Shown: in pieces, positions 1 to 10,658 of the stretch | Position numbering within the stretch: the stretch's first letter is position 1 | Layout of the letters: each line of letters begins with the position of its first letter | Source of the DNA: Amoebophrya sp. A120 | Taxonomy: Eukaryota; Protista; Dinoflagellata | Length of the DNA: 64,000 bases | Direction of reading: 5' to 3' | Assembly: GCA_905178155.1 (NCBI GenBank) | Contig: CAJINV010000004.1 | Span: forward strand, 752,629 to 816,628 | Program-made: the position numbers and the translations under genes | Notes under the pieces: model-generated | The model's input: the letters and a program-made list of their open reading frames with translations, nothing else | What the model was told of the DNA's origin: nothing | Database searches by the model: none

Positions 1-3000
1 TGGCTTCCCGATTCCTGGTTCAGGTTTTTGAAATGCATGTGGTCGGCAGCCGCTAGCCGTAACCACGCAGAACACTGCGCCTGTTGGGGACGTAATTCAC
101 CTCCTTCTTCCGGCGTGGTGCGCCGCCCCGCCGTCGTTGCACGCACATGTTGCCGCAGGTGTACCGCAAGCGGATCGGACTCGTCCTTCCTACTGGCCGC
201 CTCGCACACAGGCTGGAATTCAACTCCCTCTGCTGCTTCCAGAGCAGTTCTCGTTTTCCGAATTTCTGGTGGTGCCTGCGTACCCTCGGGAAGGTTGATC
301 TCCCTCTGCCGTTCGAGCTCGACCAGTTGGTGCTGCAGTTGAGACCACTTAAGCACATGCTTGTAGATTTGGTGGCCAGAGTCAACCAGGATTCCGAAGA
401 TTCTAGGCTTTTTACGCTCTCGCCCGATTCTCGCCAGTTCCTGTTGCTGCTGATCTGCAGTTTCACACGGAAACCAGACTCCGTCGCTCGCTATTGAGAG
501 GAAAAATCCCCCCTCCCCATATTCTTGACGAAAAGCTACATATGCTTCCGAAAATTTCTTGCGCTGCTGACCATTTGCGGCGACGGAGCGGAGTGGGTGT
601 GCCAGAAGACAAGCGCACGCCCAGAGGCTTCTGCTGGCCCATTGCCACTATACAAATGCCTTCGCATGCTGCTGGGGCCCCGGGGGCAGCCGTTTGCAGC
701 AATGCTATTGAACAACTAGACCCAAGCGCCCCTAGTGCCTCGGCTGAGGGTCTGGTGGCAGTAGTGCCTTACTGCAAAACAAAGCGCATCTATGTACGCA
801 GATCCAGCATCAGAAACTTCGTTTGGATATGGGGAGGGAAGATTTTTCCTTTCGATACTCGTCACAGGTTGCTTTTTGACGGCATCCCCGCCGAGTTGCT
901 TGGGCGTTTTGCCTTCTTCCACGCCGTTGTACACGCCCGACATGAAGTCATCAATCGACTTCTTCCCCGCCCCGCCGTCGTCCCCAGGTCCCCCGGAAGA
1001 TCCGGAACTGATTGACTTCACGGCGAATTTTGCGCCGCACTTGGCATCCGGGTTCAGCTTCGGATCGCCGTCGCACTGTTTGGCCATATTGGTCTTGAAC
1101 TCGTTGTAAGCCTGGAGCCCCCACCCCTTTTTCAACGTTATTCCGTCTTCCTCCGATAAGTTGGGGTTTGCGGCATGGACGGCCTGGCCACCCGCTTTCC
1201 ACTGTTCCCAGTTGAGACCTCTATGAATTGCGCACATTATGTCTAGGTCTGGTGCGGGATTTGAATGTGTGAAGATGCTGATCTCGAAACGGAAGCAGCA
1301 GAGATCTATAAATTTCTTCTATAGGTGATCTGCTGCATTAATGCACCAACAGGATTCGGAGTGGCGCGCAGCTTCTCTGTCGTGCTAGGAGTCCTTTCGT
1401 ATTTCTAATACCACGTACTAAATACTTACGAACGAATAATTCGTCCACCCCACACACCAGGTTCTTTCACTCCAGGAAAATGACTTGTCACGCGTGTAAC
1501 AAGTACTGTATCGAGGAAAGAATAACGACTCATTATATAAAAACATCGATCAATAATCGGCACCAAAAGCAGGCAAATTGTAGCGATCAACAGCTGCAAC
1601 ATGATTTTTGCACCAGACCGAGACAATTTTTTTTCGAGTCGATAGGCTTCGATGTGATGCAGCTTCCCGCTGTTCTCGTCAAGAACAAGCTTGAAGAAGC
1701 ATTGCCACTTTTCCGGCTGAACGAGATCCATTTCCGTGGGTGTGACCGAACTCAAAAACCGGTTGTCTTGGTATGCATTGCAAATTTGTCTGGGTCTGGA
1801 AACTTGTAAAAGTTCTAGATTGTCTTTGTCGTGATTGTGAAAAATGAACGCTCTGTAAAAATGCACAGTAAACAAGTATGAGAAATATTTACGCAGCTAC
1901 GGCGTGTTCGCTTTCGCATGACAAGACACGCTTCTTCATGACAAGCTCTACAGCGACAGCCATGTCAGATCAGCATGACAAAAACAAACTTAGCAATCTT
2001 CGTCCAGACTCAGACGCATTTCTATGTGCACTTGATACGTGGTAGGCTTTCACCATTTGCTGCAACATCTTGCCGTCCTTCAACACCAGCGGCACAAGAA
2101 CCACGTCCGACGTGGTCGTGCCGGCTTGCGCAACCTGCTGCGAAGCCTTCTTCATGATTTCAGTTCTTTTTTGTGGGTCCTTGAGGTAGAGGTCGTTGAC
2201 CAACTCTCTCAAAACACGATTAGCCGGATCAGGAAAGATCTGCGGAAGCGCTTTCTTAAGCTGCAGTTGGGGGTCCGGTTTCTGCTTTGGCGGGGCGGGC
2301 TTTGGTTTTGCTTTTTCCTTTGCTTTCGCCGGATCGGGATCATCGTCCTTCTTAGGGGGCTTTTTGGCACCACCATCAGGCCCATCACCACCACCACCAC
2401 CACCACCACCGCCACCACCACCAGCAGGTTTGCCACCACCACCAGCAGGTTCACCACCAGCACCACCACCACCAGCAGGAGGCTCATCACCACCACCACC
2501 AGCATCACCGATGACACCATCACCACCACCAGGAGGCCCGCCACCACCACCAGCAGGTGGAGGCTCATCACCACCAGCACCACCACCAGCACGAGCATCA
2601 CCACCACCAATGGTTGGACTCTCCAAAGGATGGTGCATAACATGTTCGGTTGTGGTTGTACTTCGTTCGAGAGCATCAACTGCAAATATGTCTGGGTGTG
2701 TAGAATAAAGATAGAAGAACGCGCGACGCTGGTTGGCGAATCATGAGGACGCCGCAAGAATCAAAGAAGGTTCTGAGTTCTTGCTACCGCTACGCCTACG
2801 TACGTGTTGCTTGCGTATAGTCTGCATGACCAACTGCGTTTCACGTGCGGGCATTGGGTAGCGTCAACGCGCAGGACAGAATGGAGACACATGCTAGCCG
2901 AGCATGACAATTGTATTGCGGTCTTCCATCCAGACCCAAAAGCATTAATTTGCATTCGATAGACAAGAACGTGTTGCGGTTGATCGTTCGGTCCACAAGA

Positions 3001-6000
3001 GTCGCACTATGGGATTCGCAAATATTACATTCTCAACTGTTAGAAGTACTACATGCAAAATTGCCACCAGACTCAGACACGACACCACGACCAAGCTAGT
3101 TCGCATGGCAAATTCTCGAAGGGCTGAAGAGCATCGAAATCCGTGCCAAATTTGTAATGCGAAAGGTGCAAGCTTGCCCTTGCCCCTTTCACTGTTTCTG
3201 TTCCTGCGCCACAAATCCGTGTTGTAACAGTTGAGAATGTAAGGTTTGAGAATTCCATACGCACTGCAGAAGAGAGTCGGGGCCGCGAGCTCGTCGGGCA
3301 TCGCCAGAGGACAAAGCACGTGGCCGCTGCACCAGGTCCGCGCGGTCGTGGCCACCACTGGCCGCAGCATCGCCGGGCTGGTGGCTGCTGCTGGTCAAGG
3401 TCGAAGAGCCGGCGCTCGGAGTGCAGCTATCAGAGTGCACAATCGAATCCTCCCGCCTCCGCTTCTCGTTTGTGAAAAACTCAGGAGCAGCAACAGAAGC
3501 GTCGGGAAGGGTGCAGCGTCAGCATCACAAGTTTCTTTAATATAAAATTATGCGGGACTGTTACTGCAGATGCAATACAGTCTGCAGGACTGCTCCACCT
3601 GCTGCTAGAAAAATCTGTCATGCAAACAGTACCGAAGTCATGCAAACAGTACCGAACAAGTGGCATTGCCATTTTTGCATGGCAAGTGAGGGGCGGGACG
3701 AGGGGGAATAGTTGTGCACTTTCATACGGTGGGAGCTGGAGGCTGCTGCTGTCGCTGTTCACGTCGTCTCCGATAGCGCGGTATGCATTACAAACATGTC
3801 TAGGCCTCCTGCAACAGTGCGAACTTGTGATGCGTCCTGCGGCGGCCGGTCACACAAAATTCTGTCATCTACTTGCGTGACGAGTTAATACAAAATAATT
3901 AGCTGCCCCCCTGTTTTGGCCATGCTGAGGGGGGATCTCTCATGCACAATACACATTGCCCCCGATGCCGATGCCTTTAAGAACCTGCGACGCCAAGGAG
4001 CCCTCCATTCCAGACTTTGCGAGGCCTGGGGAATATAAATAAACAGAAAGCTGCATAAAAAATTATACTAGAAGCATGCACATCATTCACATATATAAAT
4101 TAATATAACTTTAACTTACTTGTAACAGAGGCTGTGCTGGCATGTTTGCAGTGTATACGCGGAGAAACGCGTGCATGCTCGCCCCAGCACCAGCAGGATC
4201 CTTGACGGGCAGGTGCAACAGGTCATCGAAAGAAGCTGTGGAACCACCACCCGCAGGAACATGACCTTCGTTTTCTTCCACCACCTCCGGGAGCGGTCGT
4301 GCAGCAGCTGTTGCGGCGGAGTCGCCGGAAGGAGGTGCTGCTGCTGGTGACTCTCAAATGCAAACATCGGTCTAGGTCTGGTTAGTCGGAGGCCGCACTG
4401 TAAAAATGCACAGACGCACACGATGTTGAGAAGTGTGCGTCAGATGCTGGTACAGAAGCGTATTTTGTGATTTTCTGATTAGCATGAAAAGTTGCGATGT
4501 CGCTCGAGGAAGACAACACAACAAGGCAAAAAAACGAGTTGAGGTACACCATGTACCTCCACAAACTTTTCGCTAATACGGAACAGTCATGATCATGTCA
4601 GACCAGCCTGAGAAATAGCGGCAAAATAAATTTTTCAGACCACGAGCCAGATATTTGCAATGCATAGTGTTGGCACGACAACAGCAACGGAGGACGACTC
4701 GACAGCATCCGGCGACGTTTCCAGAAAAGCTGCCGGAGCAGGCCCGGGAACGGGCTGTGCCGGAGCTGCAGGCGCGGGCTGCTTCCGCTTTTTCGGTTTG
4801 CCTTTGCGTATCCACAGTAAATAACTTCCCGTACTACAAGTAGTACACATGAGTAGGAGTTCGTGCCAATACCGCAGTGGCTTCCGCAAGGCAAACTTTT
4901 CTTCAACCCTATTCAGATGAATCTTCACAACTTAAGTAGTAGCGGGCTCGCTGCTCATAAATAATTTGTGACGCATGATGTTGTACTACTTGTAGCTGAT
5001 GTACGGGAAAAATTTGTTCTTGCATATTGCGGCGGGACGAGGATGAGCGGGTGGTGGAAAACCCGGCGGGCATCCACAGATCGTCCAGCCCCGGCGTGTA
5101 TGCATCGTAAAACTGTCCTCTGGGAGGTCTACTGGAAGTAGAGACCGAGTTTGAGTTTGTGATGCTAGTTAGCTTTAGATAGGTGGTGATTGGCATTGCC
5201 TCTTACCCCAATCCTCGATAGACAGACGCGGGTTTACATCTGTTCGCGAACTGGCACACGACTAGAAGGGGGCAGTGTGGTCGCCTCTCCGACGACGTGG
5301 GATGATCTGTACTTATCGCATGACCAGCGTAGGGACCAACTTACGCAAAAATAACATGTTATTCACCGCAAGCGACAACATCTGATGTTCTCATGCAAGA
5401 GCAGCGTCCGTCTCAATAAGGAAACTCGTGATGCGCCGTGCCTTCTACAGCCTGCATGCCAATAAAAATATCCAAACCAACACTGGGCGGCCTTGCCGCG
5501 AGTAGACCTGCATGGCAAAGAACCTGGCAAAAATCTACTTCCACACCCAGAAGACTACATATTCGCGATGCGTAGCGTGGCTTCCAGGCCCTCCAAAAAT
5601 TTTTTGTCGTCGTCATCGTCGAAAGAGCCGAAGGGCCCCCCACCGGAGTGAGCGGCCGCGCGACGGGCGCGGCGTGAGTTCTTGTTGCGGTCCCGGATGG
5701 TATCAGGGTGTCAGGCTCGATTAAATCAGCATTAGAGTCGAAATGTTGGCTATTTGCAATTCATATTCAACATCGGCTCGAGAACCACTTGGACCCCCAA
5801 TTTCTAGCAAGCGGCGCGGGGCGAATTTATTTCGAAACACCCTCCACCGCCCAAATTTGTCACGCTGGTACTTCTTCGCGCAGAGAACGAACCCTGCTTT
5901 TGTCGTGCTGCTCCTTCATTGCAGGAGATCTATCTTCGCCAAACTTCTAAACAGGCCTTGAAGTGGCCTCACTTGCCATCATCGAGGCATTTTTTTGCGC

Positions 6001-6165
6001 CTCGCATTTATTTATGCATAGCAAGATATTTCAACTTTTTTGATTTCGAGCCTGACGCTTTCATAAACGGCCTCGACCGGGTACAACGTGTACGGGGCCG
6101 CGTCGAAGAGGCCCAGCCAGAAAACCCCCACCGCAGCTGCTCCACTTCCTCCGCCCGCACAGTAG
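1..6165 (-). CDS. Multi-exon unknown protein with Gly/Pro-rich region; 3' end runs off window, 5' end unresolved (may extend to ~7300)
   Basis: Removing 11 TIR elements (+5 nt each) joins one open frame: ...VFWLGLFDAAPYTLYPVEAV|RDRNK...DDDDDKKFLEGLEAT|PGLDD...SRR|KGKPKK...VPT|PAAAPP...FLR|AIGDD...LLQC|DSCG...|ERSTTTTEHVMHHPLES...GGG...VKAY|QDNRF...IEA|LNWEQW...PVT|SDGVWFP. No family recognised. Confidence 0.7.
492..857. mobile_element. TIR introner, family A
   Basis: TIR tattgagaggaaaaatccccc-ctccccatat / atatggggagggaagatttttcctttcgata; flanks CTCGC/CTCGT; homologous to 46260 and 49051. Can also be read as a GT-AG intron 491-858 on the minus strand. Confidence 0.92.
1222..1644. mobile_element. 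Probable decayed TIR introner/intron
   Basis: TAT...ATA ends but weak TIR and TSD (ACCTC/GGCTT); removal +5 nt joins HIEA|LNWEQ in frame. Confidence 0.45.
1772..2037. mobile_element. TIR introner, family B
   Basis: TIR containing gtctgggtctgga / tccagactcagac; flanks CTTGG/CGTGG; joins VKAY|QDNRF. Confidence 0.88.
2370..2610 (-). repeat. Coding (GGT)n-rich low-complexity repeat encoding poly-Gly, with GGDEPPPAGGG-like units
   Basis: cac/cca triplet runs on the + strand; ORF 1970..2638 is Gly-rich. Confidence 0.9.
2674..2961. mobile_element. TIR introner, family B (opposite orientation to 31888 copy)
   Basis: catcaactgcaaatatgtctggg ... ccagacccaaaagcattaatttgcattcgata; flanks GAGAG/GACAA (decayed); removal +5 nt keeps the frame. 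Confidence 0.8.
3008..3259. mobile_element. TIR introner, family C
   Basis: ~35-bp TIR tatgggattcgcaaatattacattctcaactgtta; perfect TSD CGCAC; inverted homolog of 48275-48516. Confidence 0.93.
3428..3726. mobile_element. TIR introner with GT-AG borders and no remaining TSD
   Basis: tatcagagtgcacaa / ttgtgcactttcata; minus-strand G|TATG...GATA|G gives an in-frame GT-AG intron 3427-3727; contains 20-bp tandem repeat gtcatgcaaacagtaccgaa x2 (3617-3656). Confidence 0.8.
3782..4157. mobile_element. TIR introner (singleton)
   Basis: tatgcattacaaacatg / catgtttgcagtgtata; perfect TSD CGCGG; joins AFLR|AIGDD. Confidence 0.9.
4352..4666. mobile_element. TIR introner, family B-like
   Basis: tctcaaatgcaaacatcggtctaggtctgg ... 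ccagatatttgcaatgcata; flanks GTGAC/GTGTT; joins VPT|PAAA. Confidence 0.75.
4809..5026. mobile_element. TIR introner (D-like terminus)
   Basis: tatccacagtaaataacttcccgtac / gtacgggaaaaatttgttcttgcata; perfect TSD TTGCG; joins SRR|KGKP. Confidence 0.88.
5099..5574. mobile_element. TIR introner (singleton, longest copy)
   Basis: tatgcatcg...tctggg...ggaagtaga / tctacttcc...cccaga...cgatgcgta; perfect TSD GCGTG; joins LEAT|PGLDD. Confidence 0.88.
5701..6065. mobile_element. TIR introner (singleton)
   Basis: tatcagggtgtcaggctcga / tcgagcctgacgctttcata; flanks GATGG/AACGG; joins VEAV|RDRNK. Confidence 0.85.
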
Positions 6166-8879
6166 CGCAGCAATTCTTTTTTGTTTTTTTCGGGATGGAC
6201 TTCGACTTATCTGTATCTTATCATCATTCAACTGCGGTTGGTGTTTCGGCCACGCCACCGCCAGTAGTTTCGCGGCAAAAAATTGCAGCTTCGAGTCTAC
6301 TTCTAAAATGTTACCACGGGGGGCCGGACCCGGATTCACCAAGAGCAGCCCCCCTATATCAACATCGTCCCGTGAGGACTTCTTCTTCTTACAAGGACGA
6401 GGACTACATTTATGGATACCAGACAAGGATTCCAAGAGAAAAATAAAGGATGGTCGTACCTCCTCCGCCCGCACAGCAGTGCAACAGGTTCTTGTATCGC
6501 GGGACAAAACTACTGTTTCACTGTGACCTGATCATGCGAAGATGAATCGATGCAAAAATACTGAAGCGGCTGCGTTCCTACTCCTAGGGAAAATGCAAGA
6601 CAGTGAATCTTAAAAATTCATCTCTAGCATTTACTACTTTTTGCGTTCGTTTCATCCCTCACGACAAAGCTGCCAGCACGCACCCCAGATTATTTTCATC
6701 TTTCTTGTTGTCGTCCCCATGTAGTAGAACTTCATGAGCGAATCTGTCATGCCAGTCATGCAGCGAACAAGAACAACAGGTGATCACAGTGAAGCCGTTC
6801 TCTCTTCCTGTGATATCTTGCCGAGAAACGCAAAGGCCGCGAGATTCTTCTTGCCCATCTTCACGTTCTTCACGTCGTCCTTCTTGGTGTTCATTTTTTC
6901 GTGCTTCTTCACCTCCTCCGCCGGCACAGAAGAACGCAGTAGAGGATCCGGCCCTGCTTCCCCTCCGTCTACTGCTCGGGCGCTTTTTAGCTGAGCAGCA
7001 GCAGCAGGTCCTCGTTGTTGACTCCTCATGATCCACTTACAACGGCCTGCACCGCGCGTTGTACCGCGCGTTGTTGTAAGCGAGGACTGCTTGACGTAGT
7101 TCCACTGCGTTTTGTTGTAAGTTGAGTTTGTTTCCCTTTCCACCTCACCAACAAAAGGCGAGGAGCTTCTGGTGGAGCTTCTTGTTGCACTTACCTGTAC
7201 GTAACTCCTGTCGTGCAGCTCCGTGTAGTCTTCAAAGTCGTTGTGGGTAGGGTTCGTTGTTTTTTTCGTTCTTGTCGTCTCAAAATGAACAAACTCTTCT
7301 CGTCTCGAGTTCTTGCGCACGTCGACTTGCACCACCTGAATTTCGAATTCGAAAAGACCTCAAGCATATAACATGTGTGCCTCTATTGTTTACCCTTAGC
7401 CTAAGTCATGCACTTCCATTTAGATACAGAAGCTTCAGCCAGAGAGAGATCATCCTTTGGATTGGCTTGATTCTAAGCTTTAGCCAGTCGGAAGCCATCT
7501 TCACGACGGGTACTAGGGCATGAAAGCCCGGGATGGGAAATAACCCCGCCACCGACGAAGGAGCCACGCGCCGAAACAACCCCGAAGAACCCGGAGAAAT
7601 AAGCGAAGCGATCCAGCGACGAACTTGGGGGGCAAACGCGCCCCATCGGGAAGGCCGTCCGTGGAGCCCTGAAAGGCGGGAAAGAAATAAAAGAGCTGCC
7701 GTGCGATCCCACGGTGCAAAACACTGAAACAAGTACAAGTTGAACTACAGCGAAATCGCAAAACTTAATAAAGTAAACCAGCTTGCGAGCAGGCAGCCGA
7801 CGGACTAATCGAAACCCCCCTCATCGCTCATCCCCAAAATAGCGAGAAATCAATGGCGCCGAAGACGCTGAATAGCGCCGCCCTTGGTCCTCGTTTTATC
7901 CGTGAACTTTCTCGGATCGTTCGTAAATATGGAAAAGGCCTGACACAAAAAACATTACGCAAGCTGAAAACGAACCCACAACGAAAAACAACAGGCTTGT
8001 GCTATCCTAGTCTCCTTCCTTGTACGGGTGACGGATTGGGCTCGGAGCCCGTTTATCGCCTGTGAGAAACAGCCGAGAAACAAGCGCAGATCCAGATGCA
8101 GAATCAAAACAACCAAGGTCATAATTGAGCGTGAGATGAAAACAAACGCACGAAATAAATACAGCTTGTGCAGGAATAGGCGCAAGACTGTGTTGACCAG
8201 CAACCCTGGAACGCCTAAGTAGAGCGTCATCCAGATGAACAAAGAAAGTAAGTATCTATGCGAATGACTCTCAGCACAATAAAGACCAAGAATTGATACC
8301 TAGTCGATTCGCACCACCTGAATGTCGACCGCACGTTCAGAAAACGAGTTGTTCTTTCTCCTCGTTGTCGATGTTCTCCTCGTTCTCGACGTTCTCCTCG
8401 TTTTTTTTTCTTGTCAGGAAAAAAAAAGATGTTTCTTATCCTCCTCGTCGTAGTCGTCGACGTCCTTCTCTGTTTCCGTCTCCGACGTTCGTCTTCGTTG
8501 GTAAAAACAAGGGGGGGACTCAATCACAAAATGAATTGTAGTCGTCCTCGGTATTTTTGTAGAAAATTGATGTCCTCTGCTCGTTGAAGTAAGAGTATCA
8601 GTATGACCGTGCACAAATCTTCTACTTCCCTCATCTATTTTTGCTGGAAACTATCTACTTTATCCAGCACATCATGTGAACTAGAACAACTCCTCGTCGG
8701 CGAAGAGAATGCTGATACTAGAGTATGGGTATCTTGGTTTTGTGCAAACATGACAGATTCATCGCCCGCCGCCATGTGGTCTAGTGCTGCAGCTGTGCCG
8801 TTTGGAAAAAAAATCCGCTGCCGCAAACTAGTACCCTCAACATGCAAACAACGGCGCCGCGAACCAAGCGGTGGCGTTA

Positions 8880-9700
8880 GACTTACATGACCTCATCATG
8901 GTTATCCGATGCAGGTGCTTGAGCTTGTTGGCATTTTGCATAACAAATGACAGGAAGACAAATTAGAGGGAACGTAGAATTTTTGTGCAGTCTGATAACA
9001 AGCACAGCCTCAAGATGAGCCTCTTGGTGCTGTGAAAGTGCCACTTGCTTCTCCTTCCGTCGTTTGATGTCGAGCAGGGCACTGTCCACCTCGTCGTTGT
9101 TGAAGAAAAAGGGGTTTCTTCGATTTTAGTGGGTACAACTTTGTTGATACTTTCGGGTTGCTCTTTGATAAGTAAGTAGTGCTGCTTCTTGTAGTATAGT
9201 GGGGGGAAAGTAAAATAAAGTTAAGTTTCGATTTGAGAAGAAAATTATTGTGAGGAAATTCAAATTGAAAACAGGGATGAATTCAAGTTGAAAAAAGTAA
9301 ACCTTCGTCTTCCTTCTACACCTCAAATAGTTGCAGTCTTGTTGTATCTGGTCTTTCTTGTACGTACTAGCTGTCCTTAAGTTCTGCAGCTAAAAACAAC
9401 CTGGGGAGTTGTATGAATAGCTTCTTCTTCTTTCAGCGTGGACAATGTTGATCCGGTACAAGAGAAACTGAAACGTCAAACAACAACAATGAGGTACCGT
9501 AACAAGGAGGGAAAGTCACTGTGGAAAACAAGTCATTTCATATTCATCATGCTCATCAAGAAATAGTATTACGTATCATTTGTGGTGAGTTCTTGCAGCA
9601 GCTCTTCCTTGTGATACTTCTCCTTCTTTTCCTTTCGTCCGTTGCGACGAGCACGACGACTAGAGATCACGCTGCGACGAGTGTTATGCACGAGTTTTAG
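8880..9700 (-). CDS. Possible small multi-exon hypothetical gene (fragments only)
   Basis: Protein-like minus-strand segments RRNGRKEKKEKYHKEELLQELTT (~9570-9650) and FFNNDEVDSALLDIKRRKEKQVALSQHQEAHLEAV (~9000-9115); joints not resolved. Confidence 0.3.
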
Positions 9701-10658
9701 AAACACGAGACGGACCACGAAATTTATTGGTACCGAGGACCAGATGAACGATGCATGTTAAAAACCGAAGGACGATCACGATGCACTACAGACCTGGAAT
9801 CAAGATTTTTACCGACTTCAAGAAAATCAGAAGCACATGATACTTCTCCTTCGGTAAGTAACTCAAGACAGAAACCACGGTTGTTCCGACACCAGCGACT
9901 TCGGTTCTTTCATTTCTCGCGTGAAATTTTTACAATAGACGGTGGACGATCACAGCGCTGCTTCCTTGCAAACAATGCCATTTTACGATTATACGCAACA
10001 CCGAGTCTCTGTCTCCTTCGTGTGTGTGACGAAGTTGCAAGTAGATGCAGATATTAACCGAGTACCAGACGCATTTCGAGTATTTCTACTTTTTTTTTTA
10101 ATTTGTGGACGAAATAGGCTACAGACATGTAGAAAACCGACGAAATGACTTTGCTCACTGCGACGAAGTAGGAGCTAGAAGAATGAGCCACATCTTCATT
10201 TGGATAAAATGAGATACAAGACAATGCATTTCGCTCACGCTTATTCGCATAAGAAAGTAAGCACCACCTGCGAGTATCGAAGATCAACTACAGTGGCAGT
10301 TGCGAGTTTCATCGTTTCTGTACCTGTTCCTGTCCGAAGTATGTTTGTTTCTAAATTATCGCGGCTCGTCGGGGACACAAGCACAATTACAATTCGCCGC
10401 CTATCCGGCCGCTTTGATTCATCATGCTGCCATGTTTTCATTTACGTCGTCGGATTTGCTTCAGATTCTTGTGCCCATGTTTGTGTTTCGACGCCCTTTC
10501 ATCATTGATGACACAAAATATTATCTCTGACTTTACGCACAAGAACGCTAGCTGCATTATGCCTACGCAGGCAGCGTCTCCTGCTGATAAATTTCGCGTG
10601 AGAAATGGCAACAATAAGTCGGCTTTCTCCAGTTACCCTATGAACATACTGATACTCG

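Noticed and set aside
2039-2757. Thr-rich, Pro-rich and Val-rich ORFs overlapping the Gly-rich region
   Set aside because: Alternative-frame and antisense shadows of the (GGT)n coding repeat.
3009-3227. Similar short ORFs with a CxxC-like motif at 3009..3227 (+) and 48116..48502 (-)
   Set aside because: The similarity is family C element DNA homology; no evidence of a coding gene.
4909-5196. ATG at 5196 as the start of the left-hand gene
   Set aside because: It falls inside element 5099-5574; the frame continues upstream after excision.
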